DNA from: Octopus vulgaris
Lineage: Eukaryota
Assembly: GCA_951406725.2 (NCBI GenBank)
Contig: OX597818.1
Span: 132,742,001 to 132,806,000, forward strand
Reading direction: 5' to 3'
Length of the DNA: 64,000 nt
Under the pieces are notes generated by a model that saw only the letters and a program-made list of their open reading frames with translations, ran no database searches and was not told where the DNA came from. Below are positions 12,030 through 28,309 of the stretch, in pieces. The translations under genes and the position numbers were made by a program. Each line of letters begins with the position of its first letter. Position 1 is the first letter of the stretch.

Positions 12030-12602
12030 TTGCTTCAAATATCGGTACAAGGCCAGCAATTTCGGAGGAGGGATAAGATATGTTTATTTTATCGATCCCG
12101 AAAGGATGAAAGACAAAGTGGACCTCGATAGGATTTGAACTCAGAGCGTAAAGACGGACGAAATACCGCTAAGCATTTTACCTGACGCACCAAAATTTTG
12201 CCAGCTGGTCACCTTATGAAACCACTATAGCTATTCTTTACTACTCTAGACACAAGGTCCGAAATTCGGGGGGGAGGGGGATAGTTGATTAGATGGACTC
12301 CAATGGGCAACTGGTATTTAATTTATCGACCCTGAAAGGATGGAAGACAAAAGCGACCTCGGCGGAATTTGAACAGGCGAAATACCTATTTCTTTACTAC
12401 CCACAAGGGGCTAAACACAGAGGGGACAAACAAGGACAGGCAAACGGATTAAGTCGATTACACCGACCCCAGTGCATAATTGGTACTTAATTTATCGACC
12501 CCGAAAGGACCTCGGCGGAATTTGAACTCAGAACGTAACGGCAGACGAAATACGACTACGCATTTCGCCCGCCGTGCTAACGTTTCTGCCAGCTCGCCGA
12601 CT
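12030..12602 (-). mobile_element. SINE family A copies (older copy plus two-unit copy)
   Basis: Family A sequence; duplication GAAACCACTATAG at 12218/12604. Confidence 0.85.
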
Positions 12603-12649
12603 TGAAACCACTATAGATATTAATACATTGAAACAGTAGCAAGGCATGA

Positions 12650-13990
12650 ACATATATTATACACCTGCGTATGTGGACGATATGATCATTGTAACTGACA
12701 CAATAAAAGACCCTGAGAAATTAAAAAAAGCCTAGAAAAACAAATTTGTATTAAAAGTCAATATACAGAACAATGCAAATTAAAACTCCTAGCTCTATAG
12801 CGTCTATTTCTAGACAAAAACATTCAGATAGAAAATATTAGATACATCGCATATCTCTAAAACAATGGCACAAATATATGCCTGCGCTTATGTGAATACA
12901 GTGAATATTCACGGAGATGCAAAATGTCAAATTTATGAAAACATTACAATTCTTCTCTATAAACGAAGTTCTATGAAAAACAATCTGTAGAATAAAACAA
13001 AGACTCATCAACAATGAGTACCAACAATGAATGTTTAATGTAACAGACTAAGACATAGAACAATAATACAGACAAATATATCATAATCAGTATAGCAGAA
13101 AATCATCCATTAAAAATAAACAAACCCCACATAAAGTGCATTACTAAATCAATTGCTTAACTGATACATAATATACTACAAAAATATTAAAATTAAAATC
13201 CTTTGTATCAATAATAAACCCAGCAACCCAGAAGCAAGCTACAACTGACCAATGTGGTTTACATATTTGATCCATGCATGAAAGTTGTAAATATCACGAT
13301 TTCCACCAATTATATTGTCTATACAGGTGCGAAAATTTCCTGTCAGCTCACCATGCATTTACAAGTAACATTGCATTGCACAACGACACACAACGCCAAA
13401 CAAACAAACAAAACTACATAGGAAAACATTAGTGGACAACACATATATCCTATAGAGAATTCACAACGAAAATTGGTGATTAATGCTGGAAGTAATACCC
13501 AGAGAGTGGAGGCGCAATGGCCCAGTGGTTAGGGCAGCGGACTCGCGGTCATAGGATCGTGGTTTCGATTCCCAGACCGGGCATTGTGAGTGTTTATTGA
13601 GCGAAAACACCTAAAGCTCCACGAGGCTCCGGCAGGGATGGTGGTGATCCCTGCTGTACTCTTTCACCACAACTTTCTCTTACTTCCTGTTTCTGTTGTA
13701 CCTGTATTTCAAAGGGCCAACCTTGTCACTCTCTGTGTCACGCTGAATATCTCCGAGAACTACGTTAAGGGTACACGTGTCTGTGGAGTGTTCAGCCACT
13801 TGCACGTTAATATCACGAGCAAGCTGTTCCGTTGATTCGGATCAGCTGGGACCCTCATCGTCGAAACCGACGGAGTGCTCCTATAATACCCAGAACTCAG
13901 AACATTGCTGAAATATACACACAGATTAAAGTACACGAGTAACAAACACAAAAGTAAGTAACCGACGACGTAAAATTCCAAGAATTAAAA
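12650..13990 (+). pseudogene. Penelope-like retroelement remnant (RT plus GIY-YIG)
   Basis: YVDDMII..KNKFVLK RT motif near 12670; TNVVYIF..NYIVYTGAKISCQLTMHLQ GIY-YIG motif near 13250-13365; many stops; interrupted by SINE C. Confidence 0.8.
13506..13881 (+). mobile_element. tRNA-derived SINE family C
   Basis: GTGGAGGCGCAATGGCCCAGTGGTTAGGGCAG head, GGTTTCGATTCCC B-box; TSD TAATACCCAGA. Confidence 0.92.
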
Positions 13991-14287
13991 TTTCAGAATC
14001 TGACGGCAATGTCTTCGGCAATTGCATAGGCTTTTTACCTAACTGTAAAAAGACAGTAAACGTCCTTCATTCAGGTGATGCGGTGAGGGTCTAGAAAATT
14101 TAATGATGTGTTTGGTAACTTTACTGTTCCAAAACAAACTGCAAGAAACTCATACAAAAATTTGGTAAAAAAAAAAAATAAAATTGCTAACACTGATGAA
14201 ACTAGAACAATTATGTTATTTTTATCTATGTTTAAAAGAAATGCTGTTTCCTCAGAAATACAAACACACTCACAGACAAATATGTAT

Positions 14288-14338
<51 letters not shown>

Positions 14339-14601
14339 CATGCATAACTTTGTTGTGTATACTTTTATTACATATTTTACCCATTGATTATTTATATACA
14401 CCTCATAAATATTTTTTTTTCTTTCTTGTGAATTTAAACGTTTTGGAATTTATGTTGCTCTTAGAGCAAATAAAGAAATGATTTTTATTATCGTTATTAT
14501 TTTTGTTATTCTTATCTCCCTCCTTCTCCTCTTCCTCCCCCTTCTCCTCATCATTTTACATCGCTTTTATTTTCATTTTGTTACTGTTCTTTAAATATAT
14601 A

Positions 14602-14720
<119 letters not shown>

Positions 14721-15109
14721 TTACTCATGCCTCCTTACTCCTCCAATTTTAATTCTAATTTATTGATATATGTATATTTTTTTCTTTTTAGTTTTCTTCA
14801 TAAAAATATGTTTACGTCATATTCTTTATACCATAACCACCTCTCCCCACACCCAACACACATGCTTCGGAATCGAGTAACGTTTTTATTTTTCCATTAG
14901 TTTTTAATTTCTCTCCTCTTTTTTTGTATTTATTGAACTGTTACACAAGATCGATTTTACTGTCAAGGTAGGTGGAATAATAATCAATTGCATGAAATAA
15001 GTAAAAATATGTCAAAGTAAGTTGTGATTAGTCGTGCATATAGATTGATTTGACATTTAAAACCATCCATCTGGTTATTGTCGTTTTTTAAAATTATATT
15101 TGTTTGTTC

Positions 15110-17700
<2,591 letters not shown>

Positions 17701-17710
17701 TAATAATAAC

Positions 17711-18017
17711 TAACTCAGATACCAGGAACCCCCAAAATGGCAGAAATTCAAAAGATAGTGCTCATAGGAACTGCTCATATCCTACGCAAAATACTCTCTA
17801 TGTAATCTCAAGGTTTAAAACAAACAATTTTTATTTATTTATATTTTTATTTTTTTAAATTTATTTATTAGACATTCACTTGTACAACACCAAAAAACCC
17901 CAAATATATGGCACACTAGGCATAACAACAACGTGAACTTCCAGCCTGTTGTCTCTTGAGGTCTCTGGGTGAGACTTGGAGCCAACTTGTACAAACGTAA
18001 AGCAAAAGTCAAACATA
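17711..18017 (+). mobile_element. 5'-truncated R4/Dong-like non-LTR element 3' end in (TAA)n
   Basis: TQIPGTPKMAEIQKIVLIGTAHILRKILSM* (RLE C-terminal QKxxLxGTAxILR motif), 3' UTR, (TAA)n on both sides. Confidence 0.85.
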
Positions 18018-18028
18018 TAATAATAATG

Positions 18029-18120
<92 letters not shown>

Positions 18121-18147
18121 AAGAAGAAGAAGAAGAAAGAAATAATA

Positions 18148-18674
18148 AATGTCCTGATGCAGTACCAAGCAGTGGCTCTCATGGCTTCTGATCTTAACTG
18201 ATTGGAAGTGTCATCATGTACATTGTTTTGTCTTGGTATAAAAGATGGGCTACAGCAAATATTCTGCTCAATACCACAGATTTGCTTGTCAGTTGTTTGA
18301 CCATAACCAGTTGAACATGTCCCTTAGTGCCTGATGATATGTGCATCTCTGATCACGAGCAGAATTAGTGGGGGAGCATCATAGCCATGTGTTGAGAGGG
18401 ATTCCTTGGGGTTTGAATTATTCACCTCTGGAAACATGGGTGTTTCGTTCATCATCCTTAAACAATTCTCATTCAAGGACCTTTTGAGCAGGATGGGTAA
18501 CTCAACCAGAAGAAAATTCTGTTTATCTTGATATGAGATCACCATGTCGCGCACATATGGTTGTGATGCATGTGCCTAGTGTACCCTTATCAGACGGGTA
18601 GTCATGATGGGTATACTGGGCTTCGTATATTTTACTCTAGTGTCACTTTGATGGCATGCACTGCTCTCTCACTC
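18148..18674 (+). mobile_element. Non-coding (TAA)n-tailed retroelement (family F)
   Basis: Ends GGCATGCACTGCTCTCTCACTC(AAT)n; same 3' end at 41380, 41668, 61730. Confidence 0.75.
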
Positions 18675-18764
<90 letters not shown>

Positions 18765-19125
18765 AATAATAATAATAATGATAATATTAATCCCTTCTAT
18801 TATAGGCACGTAGCACATAACTGCTAAGCATTTTGCCCGGCGTGCTAACGATTCTGCCAGCTCGCCGCCAAGAAATATGTCGGATAATAATCAACGACGA
18901 CGACGATGATGACAATGATGATGACGATGATGATGACGACGACGATGATGATGATGATGATGGAAATGTAAATATTACTGACGTGAAAATGAAAAGGAGA
19001 GTATATAAATATTACAGACGAGGGAGTGAAAGAGATGCCTAAGAAAATACCAAATTGGAAAGCCTCTGGATCAGATGGAGTTCAGGGATTCTAGCTTAAG
19101 AAACTCTCGAGCATTCACAGCTATA

Positions 19126-19360
19126 TACCTATTTCTTTATTACCCACAAGGGGCTAAACATAGAGGGGACAAACAAGGACAGACATAGGTATTAAGTCGA
19201 TTACATCGACCCCAGTGCGTAACTGGTACTTAATTTATCGACCCCGAAAGGATGAAAGGTAAAGTCGACCTCGGCAGAATTTGAACTCAGAACGTAACGA
19301 CAGACGAAATACGGCTAAGCATTCCGCCCGGCGTGCTAATGTTTCTGCCAGCTCGCCACC
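19126..19360 (-). mobile_element. SINE family A nested in the R4 remnant
   Basis: TSD TTCACAGCTATATAC (19114/19361). Confidence 0.92.
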
Positions 19361-19631
19361 TTCACAGCTATATACATCAACTTCTTATCGACCGAATAGA
19401 AAATAGCACGACGCCAGCATGAATGACGAAATAAAGATGAGTGCTAATGCAAAACAAAGAAACGGGAGGAGACGTCAGTAACGATAGATCTGTTACTTGC
19501 TTATCATTGCTCTAGAAATTACTAACTGGTCTCTGATTTCAGGAGGAAAATCTGTTTCTAGAGGAGCAAAAGGGGATGAAGAAAGAAATCAAAGGAAACT
19601 GCTAGTCTGTTGCTGTTAAATATATCGATAA

Positions 19632-19890
19632 CTTGCAGTATCGCCCGGCGTTGCTCGGGTTTGTAAGGGAAATAACTATATAAGCATTTTTAGAGAGTTA
19701 CTTCCCTTATAGATGCCAATTCGGGCTTTCTTAGCCATTTCTGTTTTGGTGTCTTCAAGCCATGAAGTCGTTGTTCTAAAAGAACGATGGTCTTCTTGAC
19801 AACGCTTTACGACGTTGATTTCCTTACACTCCCTTCCCCACAGCTTCACGAGGGAGGGAAGAAGGGGGAGAAGCAAACAGGTGCAGGTGT
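19632..19890 (-). mobile_element. Non-autonomous Helitron 3' fragment
   Basis: Reverse complement of the 2085-2152 end (hairpin plus degenerate CTAG). Confidence 0.75.
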
Positions 19891-20436
19891 GACCACGGAC
19901 GCCAACTCCGCTGCCCTAACCACTGGGCCATTGTGCCTTCACTCATGTCTGTTACAGAGCTTATCAAAACCAGAGTAAAAACATATCTCTTGTTATTTAT
20001 GGATGACCTCAAACTGCATACGTAAATGATAAAAAAGAAAAAGAAGAAATCTCTTATCCAAACGTAAAGAGCGTTCGGCAAGGATATTTCGAATTCAGTT
20101 TGGATAAAGGTGCAGTGTTAATTATGAAGTGAGGCTGAATCATAAGCTATGTTCGTATAAAATTACCACAAGATGATATCATTAAATCTCTGAGAAATTA
20201 TGAAAAGTACAGGTACCTAGGAGATGATAAGATAATGGAAAAAGAAATGAAAGAGAAAAAATCTCCAAAGAGTACTAGAGAAGTACTGAGAAGGAGAGAA
20301 CATTATCAAAGGAATGAATACGCAATCTATACCAGTATTAAGATACTATGCTTCCTTTGTAAAAGGAAGAATTAGGCAGAAATACGAAACGGCTGGCAAT
20401 GCATAATGTGCACTACCCCAGAAGAAGTATCCGTAA

Positions 20437-20820
20437 GTGGAGGCGCAATGGCCCAATGGTTAGGGCAGTGGACTCGCGGTCATAGGATCGTGGTTTCGAT
20501 TCCCAGACCGGGCGTTGAAAGTGTTTATTGAGCGAAAACACATAAAGCTCCACGAGGCTCCGGCAGGGGGTGGTGGTGATCCCCGCTGTACTCTTTCACC
20601 ACAACTTTCTCTCACTCTTACTTCCTGTTTCTGTTGTACCTGTATTTCAAAGGGCCGGCCTTGTTACTCTCTGTGTCACGCTGAATATCCCCGAGAACTA
20701 CGTTAAGAGTACACGTGTCTGTGGAGTGCTCAGCCACTTACACGTTAATTTCACGAGCAGGCTGTTCCGTTGATCGGATCAACCGGAACCCTCATCGTCG
20801 TAACCGACGGAGTGCTTCCA
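20437..20820 (+). mobile_element. SINE family C
   Basis: Full copy; flanking AGTATCCGTA duplication. Confidence 0.92.
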
Positions 20821-21809
20821 TCCAGTATCCGTAGGCTCTCACTACCAAGAAAGGAGGAAGGTAGAGGTCTGTTAAACGCAGAAGACATCATCAGTACTGA
20901 GATATTAGGTTTGTAAAATCACGTTGTGCATAATGAAGAAAGACTAGAAATACACAAAAATTTACTGAAACAGTAGGAGAATTCCAGAACAGAAGGAAGA
21001 ACGGCAGGACAAAGAGGCGGAAAGTAGGAATTACATGGCCAGTTCATACAATCAGCCAAGGATGTTGGAAAAGAATGGTGGTTGCGGCTGGCAGATGAAA
21101 ACCTGAAACGAGAAACCGAATCGCTAATTGTAGTCATTCAAGAACAAGCCATTAGAACGAATTTGGAGGCAAATATTGACCGAACTCAGACAGAGAGCAA
21201 ACGCATAATCTGTGGTAAAAGAGACGCAAGTATTAACTATCTCTTAAAGGAAAGCAATAAGCTAGCAAAAACAATAGTATAAGCGCATGAAGTGGTATAA
21301 TCATGACTATAGGCTTTGTAGAGAATAACACTTATAGGATTTTATTGGATTTTCCCGTAAAGATTAACCATACTATTGAAGCAAGAAAATAAGATATAGT
21401 TGTAGAGGAAAATAGAAACGGTGTAACGTCATAGACATCGCAATACCATATGATAATAGATTGGATACCGAAGGAATTGAGAAAATTGAGAAATATCAGA
21501 AAGTCACCAGAGAGATGACGTGATTGTGGAAGACAATGATAACATTTGTTCCTGTGATAAATGATGCACTCAGCCCAACACTCAAAATGCTACCTAAGAG
21601 GCTATCAACCTAAATAAAAGTGCAGGGACTTCGAAGTTTCAGTCTGCTAATCTATCTTCGAACTGTGATGCATTCGAGTTCATTTAGGCTTTATATAGTC
21701 TCTGCTCAGTTAAAATTTTCTGGAGGGTAAGTGGATCTGTGTTGAATGATTAAGTTGTTGGGTAAGTTGTGATGGAAGATGTTATTGATTAAACTTGGAG
21801 TTGTTTTGT

Positions 21810-22340
21810 TGTTCAGCCATGCATATAGGACTCTGTTATTAGGTGCGTCTGTTTAGATGTAACAAGTCCGTCTTGAAGTTGTTCTTTTAGGGGTTCACAA
21901 AAGAACGTAAACGGGTGAGAATATCAGTCGCTTTGCAGATGTCTCACTAGGTTTAGACGTAAATGGAAAATTAAATGTTTTGTTTGGGGAATGAAGAAGT
22001 TATAGTTCACGGTATTCAATTAAACCTGTGTGAATAGGTATGTTTAAGTATATCAGCTTTTAGGTCATGTAGTTTTTAGGGTTCACAAACGAATGTAAAC
22101 AGGTGGGAAGGTTAGTTGGTCAGCAGATTTCCTCGTTAGGGGTTTAACCAGTATGCTTTGGGAAGGTGGAGGTTATCGATCAAGCATGTAAGATTCTGTG
22201 ATTAGGTGTGTTGATTTAGGTGCATCAGATGTAGGTCATGTGTAGTTAGTGTAGAAATTTGTTTATCTTTCGCTTTAGTGTTCACGAAAGGATGTATGTA
22301 GATGTAAAGGTTAGTTGGGAAGTAGATTTCTCGCTATGAG
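21810..22340. repeat. Degenerate ~190-bp tandem repeat, about 3 units
   Basis: TTTAG(G/T)GTTCAC..GAA(C/T)GTA..AG(T/C)AGAT motif recurs near 21885, 22075, 22275. Confidence 0.7.
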
Positions 22341-22563
22341 TTAATTGTTCTAGATGTTATCTGATTACTATTTAGAAAATTTAGCCTTTGTTTCTTTTGC
22401 GGAAGAGGTTGTGTTTGTGGGCTTTGTTTCTATAAATATTTCTTCTCTTCAAGCGTGGGTATTTTATAATATATTATTTTGGACTTATGAATATACACAA
22501 ATGTGGGGCATTATAAGATATATGCATATCATTTAGTATAAAACTAAACACACACACACACAT

Positions 22564-22600
<37 letters not shown>

Positions 22601-23920
22601 ACTCAGCTAGGTTAATCCAGGTTAATGGTTTTTGATTTAGGTACAAGAACAGCAATTTTTAAGGAAGAGACTAGTCGATACCATCAACTCCTCTACTTTA
22701 CGGGTACTTTATTTTAGCGATCCCGAAAAGGATAAAAGGCAATGTTGACGTTGGGGCGATTTGAACTTAGAACGCAAATAGCTGGAAGAAATACTGCAAA
22801 GCATTTTGTCCGACTTTTCTGCCAACTCACGATGATTTCTTACATTGGCACAGGTATGGTGCAGAATTCGCTAAATCAAATACCGACTCAAGAGGGCTAC
22901 ACTTTGAATTTTTATTAGAAACAAATAATAATTGAAATACCCTTACAATATTTAATTTATTGCTATATCGGTTCTACCTGATGCTGATTACACCGATGAA
23001 GAATGTTAATGATTGTAAGTAGGGGAAATTCTTACAATGGTATAAATCGCAGTTCAGTAGGTGATACGTACAGTCAACTGATTAGCCTCCAGTGCGCTAC
23101 TGGTATTTATTTTACCAACCCCTACTTCCGAATACGATGAAGTGTAAGTTGACATATCGTTTCTGAAAACTCAAAGACCCAGTCATCAAATAAACAAATA
23201 ATAACTTTTTCACATAGGTACGAGACCACAGATTTGTAAAATAAGATAAACGGTAGGAGTAGAATATAGCTGGCGGATTCAAACCCTCTGTTTCATAATA
23301 TATATCCTTAATAAGTATTTTTATGGGCATTCAAATAAAATACAAGACAATACCAACGGAAGTTGAAATATACAAGAAATGAAACTATATAATATATGGC
23401 ATCCAGCTCTGTATTCCACCATTCCAAACAACTCACCGCTCTTACTATGTATTTAAATATTAATATTTGTTATATTATAAAATATAATCATATTAATCGT
23501 TGACACTTGAAAGTCTAGCGATGAGATACTAAATATTCTTAAGTGACTAATAACTCTAGACAATCTGAGATAAATAATTTATGAAATATTCTTAATACAG
23601 AAACTGAATTAACAGTATTTATTGTCTGCATTGATATATCCTTAATTAAAATTGTTCTCTACAGATGTCCGCAGACATAGAAGCATGCATAGATAAGACA
23701 TAAATATGAACAAAGCTACATACATACAGCATACAGGCAACACATACATAAACCTGCAGGCATGGCTGTGTGATTAACAAGTTAACTTCGCAACCGAATA
23801 GTTCCAGGTTCGATTTCATTTGATTGTACCTTGATTTTACCATAGCCTCAAGTTGAGCATTGACTTGTGAGCAAAAATTACACAGAAATATGTTATGTGT
23901 TGTGTGTATGTGTGTGCGCG

Positions 23921-24012
<92 letters not shown>

Positions 24013-24502
24013 GAATTAAGACAGTGTGAGGTCATGTTCCGGTTTCAGACCACATTGGAGAACATCGTCTTTTAAAAGAGATAATGAATTATGCCTATCT
24101 GATGGTTGACAATAAACAAAAAGAATGTTGGGGAGTGTTCAGGAGTTGAGTCGGCAAGGTTATGTGGAGAGAAAGCTGGGTGTGCTACAAAAAAAAATAA
24201 TAAGTACATGAGGAATTTAGGGAAATGCTCATTGGTGGCAATAGAAGAGGTAGCGTACGTTTGCAAAATTGAGGTCTTGAAAAGAAGTATCTTTGGCGAC
24301 AATGGAATCAGGATATGAAGAGAAGAAGCAGAGCCGTCAAGAAATCATCAGGTGCTGAAAGACGCGTTAGACGCGCGTTTGAAGTCTACTAATTTGGATT
24401 AGAACCAAGGAGATCCGTTTAGTTATAGTAAAATAATACTTGTCTACTCTAACGTTGGAGTATCAGTGTTAAAATTATCTAGTTTTGCAAAATGGGATGG
24501 GA

Positions 24503-24886
24503 TGGAAGCACTCCGTCGGTTACGACGACGAGGGTTCCGGTTGATCCGAATCAACGGAACAGCCTGCTCGTGAAATTAACGTGTAAGTGGCTGAGCACTC
24601 CACAGACACGTGTACCCTTAACGTAGTTCTCGGGGATATTCAGCGTGACACAGAGAGTGATAAGGTCGGCCCTTTGAAATACAGGTACAACAGAAACAGG
24701 AAGAAGAGTGAGAGAAAGTTGTGGTGAAAGAGTACAGCAGGGATCACCACCATCCCCTGCCGGAGCCTCGTGGAGCTTTAGGTGTTTTCGCTCAATAAAC
24801 ACTCACAACGCCCGGTCTGGGAATCGAAACCGCGATCCTATGAACGCGAGTCCGCTGCCCTAACCACTGGGCCATTGCGCCTCCAC
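24503..24886 (-). mobile_element. SINE family C
   Basis: Full copy; TTTGCAAAAT duplication. Confidence 0.92.
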
Positions 24887-24993
24887 TTTGCAAAATACAT
24901 TATCTAACAAATACTATATTCTGCTATCAAATAGAGATTTATAAACCAGCATCGTGTGTATCCATGAATGTAAACAACTAGTCTGTATACACA

Positions 24994-25239
24994 ATTCTAT
25001 TGTGTCTGAGGAGAGTCATTTTCTTTTGTGCCTTATTATGTAACACACTCACCGGTAAAATTTCCACTATTTTTCTTATTTTTATTTTTTCCTAAAATTT
25101 TCGTTGCGTCTTGCAAGGTTGCAAGACGCAACGAAAATTTTAGGAAAATAAAAATAAGAAAAAAGTGGAAATTTTACCGGTGAGTGTGTTACATAATAAG
25201 GCACAAAAAGAAAATGACTCTCCTCAGATACAATAGAAT
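24994..25239. repeat. Near-perfect palindrome, ~122-bp arms, 2-nt centre
   Basis: ..GCGTCTTGCAA-GG-TTGCAAGACGC..; arms end ATTCTATTG / CAATAGAAT. Confidence 0.95.
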
Positions 25240-26790
25240 ATGCTTCAACACACGAACTCATATAAAGAATCTTCCAAACCAAATTCAAAAACGAAATATG
25301 TATATACAATATTTTCATGGTCAGAAATGCCAGGAACAGTCGTACCATTTTCAGTAAGAAAAAAATTCAGTCCTTGAATTTTGATTGGTTTATATCCATC
25401 GATATATTTAATGGTTGACTAAAGAAAATCTGGCGTATTCGGCAATACAGGATAGCAGTGAAACAAAACACTTAAAGAACCAATAATTTAATACCAAATA
25501 TTAATACCAAATATTAATACCAAATACCAAATGCCTGATGTAGGAATCTGTAAATTTGCAGAATCTTCCAATCTACACTGACAATGAACAATAGCTAGGA
25601 AGGAAACAGTAATAAACATAAAAACAAAATTTAAATACAAGCATCTATGAAAATTTAGAAGGTAAGTTTAAAAAAAAAAAAAGAAATACTCATCAGACTT
25701 TTTATTTATTCCACTCTTTGGCCATTTTGCTGGAAGCATTTTGATGTTACAAAACAAAGTTTAGAAAATTACATAAAAAATACAAACGATGCAGAAGGAT
25801 ATACAAACGCATACACAGTCAGACATGGCATCACATGAGATTGTACATATATATACAAACACATATACATATACATAAATATTTAGCAAACACATACACA
25901 CTACACCGTATGGATTACACATACAATAAACATAATATTTACACATATTACATAGACATATGCACACATACATGCGCACTTACACAGCTCGACATCAGAC
26001 CACATACACACGTATATATCTAAATTGCACATATGTACGCATGTGTGCACACACATGCACATTAGCTTCAGTACTCACTGTACATTTAATGCATATAAAT
26101 CCCACGCATATACATGCACACATACATGTATATACTTGCACAAACATAAATGCGTATGTATGAGTTCGTGTCTATTAGTATACAAATAAGTTGACACAGT
26201 CAAATATTCTTACATGCACACAGCTGGTACATCAGATACATAGACATTCAAAGAGACACCCTCACACATATTTATACATACACACACACATACACCCAAA
26301 TACACACACACACATGTATGCATAAGAGTGTTCTTCTTGCTATATATTCACGTTTTCAAATGTCTGTTGAAAAAAAAAAATATTGGAAATAACAATTATG
26401 GTTACTCTGTCAAAATGAAATTATGTAGAAGAAATTTTTACAATAATATAGCAATGTGTAATTGCCTGAAGAATAGATGATGATGATGATGATGATGATG
26501 GTGGTGGTGATGACGACGATGATGATTTATCCAATGATAATAATGATGAAGAAAATACAGTAACCGTAAATAATTTTAAAATTTGAATAATTGTATTATC
26601 ATTATAAAATTCAATATTACTACTACTACTACTACTACTAATAATAATAATAATAATAATAATAATATTAATAATAATAATAATAATATTAATAATAATA
26701 ATAATAATAATAATAACAACAACAACATCAACAGGAACAACAACAACAACAATAATAATAATAATAATAATTTTTTAAAAATAATAATAA

Positions 26791-26821
<31 letters not shown>

Positions 26822-26831
26822 AACAATAACA

Positions 26832-26900
<69 letters not shown>

Positions 26901-26903
<3 letters not shown>

Positions 26904-27110
26904 CCTTTCTCCTGGAGGCACACGACCTCAAATTTGTGGGGTGGGGACTAGTTGATTATATCGACCCCAGTGTTTCACTGGTACTTAATTTATCGACCCC
27001 GAAAGGATTAAAGGCAGAGTCGGCAGAATTTGAACTCAGAACGTAGCGACGGGCGAAATACCGCTAAACATTTCGTCCAGCGTGATAAAGATTCTGCTAG
27101 CTCACCGCCT
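26901..27110 (-). mobile_element. SINE family A with long TAA tail
   Basis: Family A sequence adjoining (TAA)n 26640-26900. Confidence 0.88.
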
Positions 27111-27573
27111 TATTAATTATTATAATAATTGTTACTAGCGTGACCCGTGAATTTTTCACGGAATTAATAGTAAACCTATTGGGTTATTCCTGAAAACTTT
27201 ATCCAAAAATCCTGAAAGTGTAGCCTGTGTTGTGTCTGTATCATCTGCTCATCTGCTATTCATTGAAAGGTGAAGGACCTTAGAATACGATGATTACCTA
27301 AAGCATTTTATATATTTTATGCACAGTTTCATAGACTTAATACACAGCACTCATAAAATAAATATTCACTCTTATTTTTCCATTTCCCCCATAAACAGAA
27401 AAAAAATTACATTTTAATATTTACATGGTCACAATTTCATATCTAGAAAACAATACCTTTATAGTAAAAAAAACTTATTTTATATGTAAAATATAGGGGT
27501 CACAATTTCACGGAGGTAAAATTTAATGCAGCATGGAATACTCTGAAAAACCACATCGTTGGTCGCTTATAGA

Positions 27574-27618
<45 letters not shown>

Positions 27619-27655
27619 AAGTAAAAGAAGCTCTAGTGACTAATAATACACACAC

Positions 27656-27734
<79 letters not shown>

Positions 27735-27799
27735 AGAAAATAAAGTGACAAAGGAGTAGACGATTATCTTATGTAGTTCATTAGCTTACAGTTCTTTCT

Positions 27800-27960
27800 G
27801 ATGGTGGTGTGTTTACGTCCCCGTAACTTAGCGGTTCGGCAAAAAGAGACCGATAGAATAAGTACTAGGCTTACAAAGAATAAGTCCTGGGATCTTTTTG
27901 CTCGACTAAAGGCGATGTTCCAGCATGGCCACAGTCAAATGACTGAAACAAGTAAAAGAG
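27800..27960 (+). mobile_element. SINE family B 3' half
   Basis: GGTGTGTTTACGTCCCCGTAACTTAGCGG..AAGTAAAAGAG. Confidence 0.85.
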
Positions 27961-28309
27961 TATAGTGTTGCTGTTTCCTGTTGTTGCTTTTGTCCTATGC
28001 GTGCTCCTGGTTTAGCCGTAGTCGGCGTTGTTGTTCTTGCTGTTGTGATAGTGTGGTAGTAGTGCGATTGAGTGTGTTGCTATTTGACGTATTATGTGCT
28101 GTTCCGCTGCAGCACGCGCGATTCATGTTGGAATGGCTTTTTTTGTTTCTAAATTTCTTCTGCATTCCAAAGGAGAACTCCTGCAACATGGTTTTTTGTT
28201 CCATCCTCGTCGTAGCACAATGTTTTGGAGAAGACTTAGGCAAGTGGAAGTTGTTCGTCTGTGCTACAAGATGCACTCAATTACGAGTTCACCGCATCTT
28301 GTAGCAGAA

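Larger units (their letters stand above)
19036..21610 (+). pseudogene. R4/Dong-clade non-LTR retrotransposon remnant (RT plus RLE)
   Basis: IPNWKASGSDGVQGF*LKKL; LLFMDDLKL; RLSLPRKEEGRGL; LKRETESLIVVIQEQAIRTN; IDIAIPYD..EKIEKYQ; nested SINE A, Helitron and SINE C. Confidence 0.9.

Noticed and set aside
13506-13580. tRNA-like sequences at SINE heads
   Set aside because: They have A/B boxes but run directly into multi-copy SINE bodies; not tRNA genes
27995-28276. 93-aa minus-strand ORF
   Set aside because: No clear splice signals or recognisable domain; possibly decayed retroelement
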